The notes under the pieces: model-generated | The model's database searches: none | Seen by the model: the letters and a program-made list of their open reading frames with translations, nothing else | Told to the model about the DNA's origin: nothing | In this document: one piece after another, positions 21,571 through 34,750 of the stretch | Layout: each line of letters begins with the position of its first letter | Numbering within the stretch: position 1 is the stretch's first letter | NCBI GenBank assembly: GCA_963575745.1 | Contig: CAUYUJ010000336.1 | Span: 248,001 to 312,000, forward strand | Source of the DNA: Prorocentrum cordatum | Taxonomy: Eukaryota | Direction of reading: 5' to 3' | DNA length: 64,000 nt | Made by a program: the position numbers and the translations under genes

Positions 21571-24500
21571 GAGCGGCAGCGCGCATTCTGGGGGCGGCGT
21601 CGGCGTCGGCGTCACCGTTTTCGTCGTCGGCGGCGGGGGAGGACTGAGCAGGGGGAGGGAGAGGAGTAGGGGGAGGGGGAGGAAGAGTAGGAGGATGCAG
21701 GAGAGGATGAGGAATATCACCAGAGTGAACCCATGGCGAATCATGTGCCCTGCCGTTCGAAGTTCCTTCCTCATAAGTTCCTTCACCCACGGAAGCGCCC
21801 GCTTGAAAGACGAGCCCACCATGGCAGTCCCAGTGCGAGAGCTCCGGTTTGAAAACGTGCTTGATTTTGTTGTGTTAAAGCTTTCGGCCCATCCCGCGGC
21901 AGTGGCGTCCGCGGTGGCGGCGGCCCGCACAGTGGCGGCTGTGGCGTCCGCGGTCACGAAGGCGCTTGCGCCCTCGCCGACTGCATCAGCCGCTGCCACC
22001 CCCTCGGCGGCTCGGCAGCGGGCCAACGCGCAGCCTGCCAAGGAGACAGCTGCTGCAGGGCCTTCGCCGGAGGGCCTGCTCGAGGCTCTCCGCCATGCGC
22101 GGTGGGCAGAAAGAAACCTGAGGAAGGCACGCCAGCGGGAGGCGAAAGGCCAGCCCCCCTCGGCGCCTCAGGACAAGGCCACGGACGTCCCGGAGGCCGC
22201 GGGGAGCCTCCTCGCGCGCCATCGAGGACGCCGGAACGAGAGAGGTCGTGCCCCCGGCCTCAGGGGCAGGCTCGCGTTGACGACGCACCCGCCACGATCG
22301 GAGTTTCTCCGCTGGCTCTCTTTCGCCCGGGCGGCAAGGCGTCAGCGGCCGCATCAAGGACGATCGCTTCTTCGGTGAAGTCCGATGCCACCATCCCGTC
22401 GGAGGCCGCCATGGAGAAGGTTCAGCGCTTCGCAGCTGCGGAGCATCACGGTCATGAGGCGGCACTCGCGCGGGCTGGTAAAGGGAGCGCTCGCGGTCGC
22501 ACGCGTTGTCGCGCGAGCCCCCTTGCAGAAGGGAGCGGCCTCCCGCCAGCGGCCCAAACCTTCGGCGCCGCGGGAGGCCTCGGGCTGGCGTCAGCGCTCG
22601 ACGCGGAGCTGGCCGCGACAGCCCAAGCCAGGAGAACGGTGAGGCGTGGCACCACCTCCGTGCCAGGCATCCCCAGCTGCAGTCGCCCCTCTGGGCGCGT
22701 TGTCGGCGGCTTGCCAGGCGCAGTGCGTGCTAGGCCTGGCGGTGGGGCTGAAAACCGCTGGACTTCAATACCTGAGGAGCGTATCTCCTTAGGTACTCAA
22801 TGTCATGCGAGTGCGTATGTATTAGTCTTACTTTTCGTCTAATTATTCTTCTATGTCTTCACGCAGTTGAGCCACATCCTTTCCTGAGTTTGACCGGTTG
22901 TAAACTAGTTTAGTTCTTCTGTTTGGGCGGAGCTGAACGGCAGGATCCCCTTTCGGTGTGCACCTGCCCTCTTCTCTTTCCATTATCCCTCCTCCCCGCT
23001 CGGCCGCAGCATTCTGGCTCGGGCGCATGTTGATGTTCTGCCTTGGGGGGACCCCCGAACCCAACGGCCGCCATGCTGGCGTGCATCGTGGTCCCGATGC
23101 TCGCGTCGAATCGCGGTGTGGGGCGGGTTCGGTCTGCCCAATGTCAGCGCCCCCGGGATGGGCATGGGGACTGTGGAGGGAACGGCCAGGGAAGACCCCA
23201 ATCCGGATCCCCGCTGGCTCCGCGACGACCTCCCCGCGCGCGGGCTGAAACACCCGGCGCACGCGACGGAGGACATTGGGGGCGCGACGTCGGACACGCT
23301 GGCCCCACCCCAGGAGGAGCCGGAAACGGCAGGGAAGGAATGGGGCGGATCGCAGGCCGCGCCCCTCTGGAAGACGGAGGAGGCGCCTCGCGCGGGCCCG
23401 TGGCGCTTCTTCCTCCCACGGGTGCCGCCCGTCCGCCGCGCACTGGTAAAGGGGCGCTCCAAGCCCGTTAAGGGGAAGGCCGGGGGGGCGTCGCCGAGCC
23501 CGCCGGCCCATGCTAAAGGAGGCCCCCCGAGGCGATTCGGAAGCCCAGGACCAGCCCCGGGATGCCCGCGGGCGTCGTCCCCAGGACGCGGGCTGCATCT
23601 CCTACCGGGGAAGGGAAGGGCGGCGCCCCGGCGCGTGATTCGAACCAAAAGTCGTTCACCCCGCAGGAGAGTCCGATACGGAGGAACCTGCAGGCGCCGT
23701 TGTTCGGGGGGCTCGTGAATCTTGTGCTATGGGTCCAAGGAGGCCCCTCGGACAACCAGACGGCCCGCGGCGCCGCGCCCGTCACTCCTGGCCCGGCTCA
23801 GGACAGCCCAGACGCCGGGGGGCCACCCCGGGCCTGTCAAGTCACAGGGGAGGGCGTTCCCGCCCTGCTCGATCGGGCGAGCCCTGACAGCCCCCTCCCA
23901 GAGACGGAGGCCCGGAGGGAGAGAGTTGGCGGGAAAGCAATCGGTTCGCCAGTCGACGGCGGAAGGCGGCCCTCGAGGTACGTCGTCCACGGGGCCCGAG
24001 CATCGCGGCCTGTTTCATCTGGCCCACCCGCGGGAATTCGGGCGAGGTCCTCGCATTCCCCCCAGGCGCCTGGCGGGGGGAGTTTAAATGGAGGGTTTAC
24101 GGATGCTTCATGGTTTACACCTTTTACACCTTCATCATGCGGGCGTCGCTCTCGCCGTGGTCGACTGGGGGGCGAGACCCGTCTAGTGGAATTACCGCCG
24201 GCTCAGCCGGCACTACTGGTGCGGCACCACTTCTTTCGGGAGCGGTGCGCGCGCGTGGAGGACAACCGGCTCTTCCTCGTGGAGCTGGACTGGCGCGGGC
24301 CGGGCGCCCGGCCCCTGGGCGATCGATTTCTTCATGCAAGGGCGCCATCCGGGGAAGAAGCGACCAGCCCCCGCGCCCGCAAAATCACCCGGTGGCCGAG
24401 GCAGGAGGGGAATGGGCCCGGCTGGGCCGGGGCCTCCGCGGGGGCACCATCGAGGAGGATAAGCGCCACGGCCAGGACTTCCCCCGCTCAAGATGCGCGC

Positions 24501-24884
24501 GCGCTCCGACCCCCGACGGCGGAGCGCCTTCGAGCGGGCCCCAGTCAAGCCGGCGCGCTTATGCCCGTAGCAGGGGCCAGGAGGCGTCCGCGATGCACTT
24601 CCGCAAGTGCACGGGGGCGGGCTCCACGGCCATCCTCGACCTTGACGAGGACCAAAAGGTTGGGGGCCCAAGGCAGGGCTGAAGTCCGCCGCCCACTCCG
24701 GCCTACCTCACCGCCTGGGCTCGCCACCTCCTGGACGCGGGGCGCCGCTGACTCCGCCGCCGCGGCCGGGGCCGAGCCCCCTCTTCAGCCCCCCCTTTCA
24801 GGGGCGGCCCCCCCAGCCCGAGCGGGGGCCGCGCGTCGCGGAGGCGGTCGCCTGGGCGATCTCCCAGGGGCGCGCGCCGATCGG

Positions 24885-25100
24885 AGGGCCGCAGACCCCG
24901 CCCCGCTACTCGCGGAAGACGGCCTGGCCTCTGACAGCTGGGGGCGGCCGCGGAACGCCGGAGGGGCCCCTTAAGCGCGCGCGCGCAGGTAGATTCATTG
25001 GCGCCAGGAAAAGGGCCGCAGACCCCGCCCCGCTACTCGCGGAAGACAGCTTGGCCTCTGACAGCCAGGGGTGGCCGCGGAACGCCGGAGGGGCCCTTTG
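24885..25100. repeat. Direct duplication of ~90 bp, about 127 nt apart
   Basis: AGGGCCGCAGACCCCGCCCCGCTACTCGCGGAAGAC... occurs twice. Confidence 0.85.
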
Positions 25101-26039
25101 AGCGCGCGTGTGCAAGTATATTCTTTGGTGCCAGAAATGACCGTGCCCCAGCTACCGCCGCCTGAAGGACGGAGCGGTGGACTACGCCAAGTGGGCAGAT
25201 TACCGAGCGCCTTGGCATGTAGTCATGCGCGAAGATGGGTGGCCAGCGGGAGACGCAGGCCCCCCCGCAGCGGCGGCGCCTGCGCACGCGGCCGCGCCAG
25301 ACGAAGACCTTGCACTTGCCGCAGATGAAGCCCCCGCGGGAGGAGAAGAAGCCCCCGCAGCAGCAGGCGACCCCCCCTCAGCAGCGGAGGCGGGGGCGGA
25401 GGCGCGCCGCGCCGCAGCGCCGGGCGTCGACGCCCTCGCCGAGGCGGCCTCCGCAATCGAGGCCGCCAAGGCGGAGTCCACGGCGAGCGCGGCACGCGCA
25501 GCAGCGGGCGCTGGCCCTGTGGTTTTCCTCAAACCCGCCCCCCTTTCCATCCGCGACGTTGCGGAGGCTGCGCTGCCCGGCGCGGCTGCAGGCGACGCCG
25601 TTGCCGCGCCAGTGGCGGCCTGCGCTGAAGCTGCCCTGCCAGCAGCCAGCACCGCAGCATCGGCGCAAAGAGGGCCATCGGCGCTTCGAGAAATTAATGA
25701 CGCTGGCGCGAACGCCTGCGCGGCCCCCAGCCTGTTCCACAAGATGGAGGGCCCCCAGTCTGGGTGCCAATCAGCGAGGAGCACCCCATGTGCATGCGCA
25801 AACATTGCGTCGCAGGACGGGTAACTGCATGGTCGACATGACGGGGGGCCCGTCCACAGTGGATGGGATCTACACAGCTCACGGGGCGCGCACAATGCCG
25901 ACCGCTGCAGATGGGGACTGCGGTTCGGATTGCGCGCTGCGCATAGCGGGTGAGATTTCAACGCCAGAGCTCGCAGATTGCTTCGGCAGGAACGCCCCGC
26001 CTGCCGCTGTCTTCCCACCGTGCCTCCCTTACGCGTGAT

Positions 26040-27020
26040 TGTCCACCCGGTGTCTCGTAAGCGTGGCTTTCGCTTCCTTCCGCCCCCCCCCCCCCTTCCC
26101 CCCCCCCATCCCGCCTCCGTTCCCCCCCCCCGCGTTCCTTGCGGCCCCCTCGATGCCCTTCATGGCCCCGTTGCTGCCCTCGGTCGCCCCGCCCTTGCCC
26201 TGCGCGGCCTAATATGCGCACGCCCTTCGTGGCCCCCGCTCGTTCGCGCCCGTCGCGGCCCAAAATGCGCGCCCTTCGCGGCCCCGCCGTCGCCCTTCGC
26301 GGCCCCCTCGCTGGCCTACGTGGCCCAGTTGCTACCCTCAATGGCCCCTTCGTTGCCTTTTAGGGCCCCGCATTCTCTGCCCTTCGTGGCCCCCGCTCGT
26401 TCGCGCTCTTCGTGGCCCCATGCGCATTTCCCTTGCGCCCCCGCCGTCGCCCTTCGTGGCTTATTTCGCGCCCTTCATGGCCCTGCTGTCGTTCTCTCTC
26501 TCGCTCTCGCTGTCGCTCGTCTTCATCGTCGTCGCCGTTGTCGTCGTCGCGGTCGGTCCCCTGTCCGTCCCCTTTGGGGTCGGACTGCCGCCGCTAAGCG
26601 CTGCCGCTGGCCAGGCCGACGGCCCGCGGCCGCCCCGCCGCTCGCCGGGGCGCAGCCTGCAGGGATGAGAGGTGCACCCCCCAAAAAAGGTACGATCGAG
26701 AACGTTGGGGGCAGGCGTCGAGGGTTAAGGATATGCGCATTAACGGACCCTCGAACAGATAAGAGCGAACAGTCGTTAACTGATTGTCGTTGTCGTCGCC
26801 GCCCCTCCCGCGAACCGCCCGCGCCCCGCCCGCGGCCCGCCCCGCGACCCGCCCCGCGACCCACCCCGCGACCAACCCCGCGACCCACCCCGCGACCCAC
26901 CCCGCGACCCACCCGCGACCCACCCCGCGACCCACCCCGCGACCCGCCCCGCGACCCGCCCCGCGACCCAACCCGCGACCCACCCGCGACCCACCCGCGA
27001 CCCATGTGGTACGCGCCCGC
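26040..27020 (+). repeat. Composite repeat: (CCTTCGTGGCCCC)-type minisatellite, conserved tail and (CCGCGACCCA)n
   Basis: Homologous to 31540-32670 (shared CCTGCAGGGATG...GGTACGATCGA...CAGAT.AGAGCGAACA tail). The decamer array recurs inverted at 41360-41570. Confidence 0.8.
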
Positions 27021-29189
27021 GACCGACCCACATTGGTTGATCGAAAAAATCGGCGCTCGCGGCGGGCTCGAATGAAACGGCGGCCATTGTTCGCCAAGTC
27101 TTCCAAGCTCCGTTCGGACCCTGCAGTTCGAGCATTGACTGGGGAACTAAACTCGGGCACTGCATGCTTCGGCAGTTCGAGCCCGCAAATTTGCGACCCA
27201 CTCGGTTGGGGGGGTCGAGCGGGTAGCGGGCCGTGCTTCGATGTTATGTGTGTGCTTGGTTTCTCTGTCACTGTACATGTTCTAACGCAGTGTTTGTTCA
27301 CGCCAGTTTGCGCTAGGGGGCGGGGGCGCCCTTCGGAAGATCGCCCATCTTGGGAATGGGCTTGTAGCGACAGCACCTTGTGGTGAGGCCAGGGTTGACC
27401 AAACAACAATTTTCGAGCAATTGCATGGCCGCCTGCTTCCGGCGTGCCTTGGTGGAGCCACATTGTCGGATCATCGAAGTTGCGCGTCTGCGCGGAGTGC
27501 TCTGCCAGTAACAGGTCCAGATTGCGGCGCCTGGCCCCTCCGTGCGACTTCTCTGCCTGCGCCCATATTTTTGCCAATAGCTGGACCGCCGCCTGGCGCG
27601 TTCAAAAGAAAGCCCCGCGCGTGTGCTACCAGACCTCAGGTTCCGATTCGATCGAACATTCTTGGCAGTGTCTTGTTTTCTTGGAGGCAGGGGGTCGCTA
27701 CTTGCACCTTGACTTGTCCAATTGGTCGCTCCGCCATGTCTGAGTTCGTTCTCCTCTCAGCCCCTCCCCCAATGCCGCTGCACTCCACGTGCGCAGGTGT
27801 TGCGCAGTTCACGCTTGTCCATCTGTGCCGCTGCGGCGAATTTCACGCTTGGGGGCAATGCGCCCCGGGTGAAAAAAAACAGTTGCGTGGCGCGCAGGAG
27901 CGAGTGCGATGTTACAATCAAGCGCACCATGGGAAACCGTTAGTTTCGATTTGCCGGCCCGATCCCCACGGCCACGGCATAGACAATGAAGCGCGCCAGA
28001 GGCACGCACGTGCAAGGCAGGCGTTGATTTAACCAGGAGGGGGCGGACACTTCGTTGACCTCTTCTGTCCCGGCTGCGCGGCCGATGCCACCGGCCCCAG
28101 AAGGGTGGGGGACTTTGTTCACCGCGGGTGCGTGGATGGAAAGCAAATGCGATCACGTGAGGACAGAGGACAGCAAACGCAGCATACAGGCAATCAAGTA
28201 GCAAATGCCGTTCGGGCCTGCCTTTCTTCTAAGTGGTTTCTCATAGAGGCTCCCCGACGAGGCTTTGCCGAGCGGGAGTTTGACTGCACGTGCCCACCCT
28301 CCGCCGGGGCCTCTGGGCGGCTTACCCGCAGGGTCTCGAAGGCCCCACAGTCTTGATCGAGGACGTCTGCTTCGCGCAGCAGCGCGCGGCGACGCAGCGA
28401 AAAAACATGAAAGGCACAGTAAGGAATTGCGCCGCAATGCAACGCTAGGCGGCGTAGAGAAAATACAAATGTACCAGTTGAGACGCAAAGCGGATCCCAA
28501 GTATTTAATGCAATGCAGCGCAGGGCTATGCAAGGAAACATAAAGCAACAACATGCAATTCGAAGCGATCCAGCGGGCACATGCGTGCAACGTAATAACA
28601 ACGCTTGCAAGAGGAGTACTCGCACCCGCAGCCAACGCGCGCAATCAAATCCCATGCGAATCAGCTACATACACGCACAACGCGTACCAATTATCGAGAC
28701 ATCCAATAAACGCGCACGGCACGCAAAGCAAACGCGCTCAGAACAAAGCGTTGCGACGCAACGGAATTGTATGACAGGTGCCAGCGCGGCGTCGTTATAT
28801 TGAAATTGGTCTTACATGTCAGAGCGCCTAACTGTTATGGTTGCTGCTGCTGCTGGTTTGATGTTGGTGTTGCTGTTGTTGCTGTTGATAGTGGTGCTTA
28901 CTGGTTGAATTCTCAGTATACAAAGAACAATTATGGTTGACCCCACCCCTCCGGTGACCATTTTGAGCATTTTCAATTCTTTACGCTTCGCGTATCCCCA
29001 CCAGCCCATCTCACAGCAGCAACTCTTGCGAAGCATGCCGACAGTCGTGTTTTTCAGGCGTGTGTCCGCTTGGCCCCGCATATCTCCCCTGTTCCTCCTT
29101 CCTCCCGCCTCCTTGTACATCCTCCTTGTGGGGGGAGCGGGAGAAGGACGAGGCGGAGGAGGAGGGAGAGAAAGCGCTCCTCGTGATTT

Positions 29190-29800
29190 GAGTCGTTTGG
29201 GGTTTCTCGTCCTGGTGTGAGTCGTTCGGGCCCTTCTTCCTGGTGTGAGTCGTTCGGGCTCTTCGTGGTGTGAGTCGTTCGGGCTCTTCGTCCTGGTGTG
29301 AGTCGTTCGGGCTTCTCGTGGTGTGAGTTGTTCGGGCCCCTCATCCTGGTGTGAGTCGTTCGGGCCCCTCCTCCTGGTGTGACTCGTTCGGGCTCCTCGT
29401 GGTGTGAGTCGTTCGGGGCCCGCGTCGTGGTGTGAGTCGTTCGGGCTCCTCGTGGTGTGAGTCGTTCGGGCGCCTCGTCCTGGTGTGAGTCGTTCGGGCC
29501 CCTCCTTGTGGTGTGAGTCGTTCGGGCTCTTCGTGGTGTGAGTCGTTCGGGCCCCTCGTCCTGGTGTGAGTCGTTCGGGCTCCTCGTGGGGCCTCTTGGG
29601 GCCTCTTGGAGCCTCTTGGGGCCTCTTGGGGGCCTCTTGGGGGCCTCTGGGGAGCCTCTTGGGAGCCTCTTGGGGCCTCTTGAGGCCTCTTGGGGGCCTC
29701 TTGGGGGCCTCTTGGGGGCCTCTTGGGCCGCTTGGGGGCCTCTTGGGGGCCTCTTGGAGGCCTCTTGGGAGCCTCCTGGGGGCCTCTTGGGGCCATCTAG
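29190..29800. repeat. Minisatellite (GGTGTGAGTCGTTCGGGC plus a 6-11 nt linker, ~15 units) followed by (GGGGCCTCTT)n
   Basis: Directly visible. Confidence 0.9.
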
Positions 29801-30119
29801 GGGCTTCTTGCGACCTCCTCAGAAGCGCAAATGAGCGCTGGCCCCTGAGAAGGACAAAATGAGGCCAACACCTTCGTAAAATCAATGATTTTGCTATGAA
29901 GGAAGAGGAGCGCGGCCCCCTCAGAAGGCGAAAATGGGGCCAAATCCGTAGTAAAATCAATGATTATCCCGGCAAAGCAACCTAACAGCGATGTGTAGGA
30001 GCATATCTGGAAGCATTCCCCTTAAGATTCAGATGAGAATCCAGTTGTAGAATTCTGCTGTTCTCGCAGTCGTAGTCGCATTCGCGATGACAGTCGCAGT
30101 GGCAACGGCAGTCACAGTC

Positions 30120-30420
30120 ACAGCCTCTGCCTCAGCCTGCCTCAGCTCAGCCTCAGCCTGCCTCAGCCAGCCTGCCTCAGCCTCAGCCTGCTTCAGCCTC
30201 AGCCTCAGTCTGCTTGTCAGCCTCGGCTGCCTCAGCCTCAGCCTGCATCAGCCTCAGCCTCAGCCTCAGCCTGCCTCAGCATCAGCCTGCCTCAGCCTCA
30301 GCCTCAGCCTGCCTCAGCCTCAGCCTCAGCCTGCTTCAGCCTCAGCCTCAGTCTGCCTTCAGCCTCGGCCTCAGCCTCAGCCTGCCTCAGCCTCAGCCTG
30401 CCTCAGCCCTCAGCATCAGC
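30120..30420. repeat. (CTCAGC)n/(CTGC) minisatellite
   Basis: Directly visible. Confidence 0.92.
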
Positions 30421-30425
30421 CTGCA

Positions 30426-30755
30426 GCATTCAAAATGTGGCCCAGGAATCTGCTGGCCTACAGTTGGCTCCGGGCATTCAAAATGTGGCCCGGGAATGGA
30501 GTTCTGGGAACTCGAAGACACGAAGTGGCCTACAGTTGGCTCCGGGCATTCAAAATGTGGCCCGGAATGGAGTTCTGGGAACTCGAAGAGCACGAAGTGG
30601 CCTACAGTTGGCTCCGGGCATTCAAAATGTGGCCCGGGAATGGAGTTCTGGGAAGTCGAAGAGCACGAAGTGTGTGACTGTTGCATCCGGTTATTCAGAA
30701 TGTGGCCTGGGAATGGCGTTCTGAGAGGTCGACGAGCACGAAGTGTGTGACTGTT
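30426..30755. repeat. About 72-bp tandem repeat, 4-5 copies
   Basis: CATTCAAAATGTGGCCCGGGAATGGAGTTCTGGGAACTCGAAGAGCACGAAGTGGCCTACAGTTGGCTCCGGG units. Confidence 0.9.
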
Positions 30756-31539
30756 GGTGAAAAACGAGCCCGGCACAGGCCCGGCACCCTGCCGGCCGGC
30801 AACTCCCAACGCCTGCCCAGACCCCCTTGTGGAGTGATCTGTGAGCTCTTTTGAGTCAACTAGAAACCTATCAGTCTACGCTGTTAGATAATTTTAGCTT
30901 CAAAGACGGTCGGAGGCGCCAAACTCCCCCCCCCCCCCCCTCGGGGCCAGAATCCTCGTGAGGGTCGTCGTTTTTTGGCCCTCCCAGGAGTGAAAAAAGA
31001 TCCCCCTGGCGACGCCCCGGAGTCCCTGTCCAGGTCCAGGGGGAGGGGGTAGGGGGAGGGGTAAACCCTTCCCCGAAGGGGAAGAAGGGGGGGTGAGGAC
31101 AGAGAGAGCTCCCTAAACCACTCACGCCCCAAGGGCTGGTGGGATTGAAATGGTTCCCCCGGGGCTCGCACCTTGCTATCTATCGATCTATAAATATGAG
31201 TGTTTTATATATAAAAAAAGGAAAGCCACTCGGGTCAAACTGCGATTCTGGCCCCGGAATTATAACAACGGCTCCCCCCGTTTGAGACTTCCTCACCACG
31301 TAGCCAGGACCCCCGCTCCCGTTTGAGACTTCCTCGCGTTTTACTCAGGAGTCGCGCTCTGAATTGGGACTTCCTTGCAATGTATGCAGGAATCGCTCTC
31401 TCGACGCTCTGGGGTCACGCTCTCGCTAAAGACTTGCTTGCAAGTTACTCAAGAATCGCGCCCTTACGTTTCCATTCCCCGCAATTTTCTCAAGCGCTCA
31501 CCCTTAGGACTCCCTCGCAGTTTACTTAGGAATCGGGAT

Positions 31540-32670
31540 TTCGCTGTCTTTCGTGGCCCCGTTGCAGCCCTTCGTGGCCCCCTCGCTGCCCTTCTTGGGC
31601 CCGTTGTAGCCCTTCGTGGCCCCCTCGCGGCCCTGTGGCAGCCCTTCGTGGCCCCCTCGCTGCCCTTCGCGGCCCCGTTCCAGCCCCTCGTGGCCCCCAT
31701 TGCTGCCCTTCGTGGCCCCGCGCTGCCCTTCGCGGCCCCGTTGCAGCCCTCCGTGGCCCCTTCGCTGCCCTTCGTGCAGCCCTCCGTGCCCCTTCTCGCT
31801 GCCCTTCGTGGCCCCGTTGCAGTTCTCGTGGCCCCCTCGCTGCCCTGTGTGGCCCCGTTGCATCCCTTCGTGGCCCCCTCGCTGCCCTTCGTGGCCCCGT
31901 TGCAGCGTTTTGTGGCCCCCTCGCTGCCCGTCGTGGTCCCATATGTGTATGCCATTCGTGGCCCCCGCTCGTTGGCGCCCGTCGTGGCTCCTTCTGCATG
32001 CCCTTCGTGGCCCCGCTGTCGCCCTTCGTGGCCTCCTCGCTACCATTCGTGGCCCCGTTGCTGCCTTCAGTGGCCCGTCTTTGCCTTTTGCGGCCCAATC
32101 TATCTATGCCATTTGTGGCCCCTGCTCGTTCGCGCCCGTCGTGGCTCCATATGCATGCCCTTAGTGGCCCCGCTGTCGCCCTTTGTGGCCCCCACTCTGC
32201 CCTACGTGGTTCCGTTGCCACGTTCAGTGGCCCCGTCGTTTCCCCCTGTGGCCCCGCATTATCTGCCCTTCCAGGCCCCCGCTCGTTCGCGCCCGTCGTG
32301 GCCCCATAGGCATGCTCTTCGTGGCCCCGCTGTCGCCCTTCGAGGCCCTCTTCCTGCCCTTCGTGGCCCCGCTGTCGCTCTCGCTCTTGCTTTCGCTCGT
32401 CGTCGTCGTCATCGCCGTCGCCATCGTCATCGTCGTCGTCGTCGTGGTCGGTCCCATGTCCCTCCCTCTTGGGGTCGGGTTGCCGCCGATCAACGCTGCC
32501 GCTGGCCAAGCCGAAGTTCCGCGGCCGTCCCGCCGCTTGCCAGGGCCCGGCCTGCAGGGATGCTCACTATTCCCAAAAGGGGTACGATCGAAGACGAACA
32601 GGGCGTGTATAGAAGGATTTGGAAATACACGTTGAATAGCGTTTGAGCAGATCAGAGCGAACACTGTTAA
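31540..32670 (+). repeat. Second copy of the composite GGCCCC-minisatellite element
   Basis: Homologous to 26040-26790. Confidence 0.8.
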
Positions 32671-32680
32671 CATGATTGGT

Positions 32681-34272
32681 GTTGAACATTATTAATTCTA
32701 AAGAATAATTATTGTTGGGCCCCCTGGTGCGCGCCCATCTTTTCGTGAGGAAGCCTCAGGTAATTCGAGTTGATCAAGATCCGGTTGTTTTGTTGTAATC
32801 CGTTTTCCCTTGCAAAAAACACTATAAAATGAAATTTCTTGTTCAAATATAATCAAATTTCAAGAATCCCTTGCAAAAAATAAGGTAAAGTGGACATTCG
32901 CGCGCGCAAGACGAAATCCTTCCAAAAGCTTAGTGTTCGGAGCGATTTTAACATAAAAACATCAAAAAACCAATGGTTTTTCAACAAAAAAATGTCAAAA
33001 TCTCATCCCGCGCGCTCTTGCGGATTCGTAGGAAACCCAACACTTTTTAAACATTTCTGTCAAACGGGCTTTTGCGAGCAACTTTTTCGAACTTCTGCGA
33101 CAACGGTTGCGCACCTGCCAGGGCCATCATCCCTGTCAAATAATACCATGCGGGACACATTCGTTTTTTCTTCGCGCGCGCACGCCGAAATCTCCAAAAA
33201 CCATTGGGTTCTGTGGGTGTGTACCCCACGCCAGTGTAGTAGCCACGGTCGTCCGCACGCCACGAAGTGAAGTGTCCCAACGTCATAGGGCGGGAAGCTG
33301 GGTTTGGGTGGTCGCGAAGAGTCGTTTGGATATTTGGTAGAGCTTGTAATGCCCCCCCACGAAGTGGGGGTATTGCCTGGTGTCGTATGAAAACCCTGGC
33401 ACTGGGGAGAACACCACGCGTTCGGGTAAAATGATTGTTGCTGTTGTTGGTGGTGTTGGTGGTGTTGTTGTTGTTGGTGGTGTTGGTTGTTTTGGTGTTG
33501 TTGTTGTTGTTGTTGAACATTATTTATTCTAAAGAATAATTATTGTTGGGCCCCCTGGTGCGCGCCCCCCCTGCGCCGCCTAGGCCGCAGCTGCATTTTC
33601 ATCATTTTCGTGAGGAAGCCTCAGAAAAGAGGGTGTGTACAGGATCCGGTTGTTTTGTTGTAATCCGCTTTCCCTTGCAAAAAACAATAGAAAATGACAT
33701 TTCTTGTTCTAATATAATCAAATTTCAAGAATCCCTTGCAAAAAATAAGGTAAAGTGGACATTCGCGCGCGCAAGACGAAATCCTTCCAAAACCTTAGTT
33801 TTCGTAGCGATTTTAACATAAAAACATCAAAAAACCAATGGTTTTTCAAAAAAAATGTCAAAATTCATCCCGCGCGCTCTTGCGGATTCGTAGGAAACCC
33901 AACACTTTTTAAACATTTCTGTCAAACGGGCTTTTGCGAGCAACTTTTTCGAACTTCTGCAACAACGGTTGCGCACCTGCCAGGGCCATCATCCCTGTCA
34001 AATAATACCATGCGGGACACATTCGTTTTTTCTTCGCGCGCGCACGCCGTCGTCGTCGGCCGCGGGGCCCTGAATAGTAGCCACGGTCGTCCGCATGCCA
34101 CGAAGTGAAGTGTCCGAACGTCATAGGGCGGGAAGCTGGGTGTGGGTGGTGGCGAAGAGTCGTTTGGAAATTTGGTAGAGCTTGAACCGGCCCCCCCACA
34201 AAGTGGGGGTATTGCCCGCCTCCTATGAAAACCCTGGCACTGGTGAGAACGGAGTGTCCCCACGTGCTAGTA

Positions 34273-34311
<39 letters not shown>

Positions 34312-34370
34312 GGTGTGAGTGTTGTTATTATTATTGCTGTTGTTGCTGATGTTGCTGGTGTTGTTGTTTG
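32681..34370. repeat. Two head-to-tail ~830-bp AT-richer units, each starting with a hairpin and ending in (GTT)n
   Basis: Units start at ~32681 and ~33512 with GTTGAACATTATT.ATTCTAAAGAATAATTATTGTTGGGCCCCCTGG; the bodies are closely similar. Confidence 0.9.
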
Positions 34371-34666
34371 TCCTCGTGTTTTTGTTTTTTTTTCGGGCCG
34401 CGAAGGATTCACGGTCCCATCGCGGCATCATTTTCCTATGCACAACGTATATGTGTTTGAGTATGCATTGCATATCTTGGCGGCGTGAACCCAGAGAACG
34501 GCCTCTGTCCTGGAGAGGTGGGCACGGCAGGACATGCTTGTTTTGTTCATGTCATGCTCGCGCGTAGTCACGAGGCAACCAGGCCCGAGGGCGAAGTGGG
34601 GGCCGAGAAGTCAGCGGGAGTGCCTGCGCAGAAGGTGCGGTTTTGGCCCCCCAGCGCGCGGGGCAG

Positions 34667-34750
34667 GACGCCGAGGAGATCAAGAAGTATTTCGGCCAGG
34701 TCGCCATGTCCATGTTCACGTTGTTTCAGTTCATGACCCTGGACGACTGG
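34667..34750 (+). CDS. Channel exon, pore helix and selectivity filter
   Basis: CAG acceptor and GT donor; DAEEIKKYFGQVAMSMFTLFQFMTLDDW. Confidence 0.9.

Noticed and set aside
29190..29590. CRISPR-like array of GGTGTGAGTCGTTCGGGC repeats
   Set aside because: Linkers are only 6-11 nt and resemble each other, there are no cas genes, and the context is eukaryotic; it is a minisatellite.
30426..30755. Regular ~72-bp repeat with CRISPR-like period
   Set aside because: The whole unit repeats, with no unique spacers.
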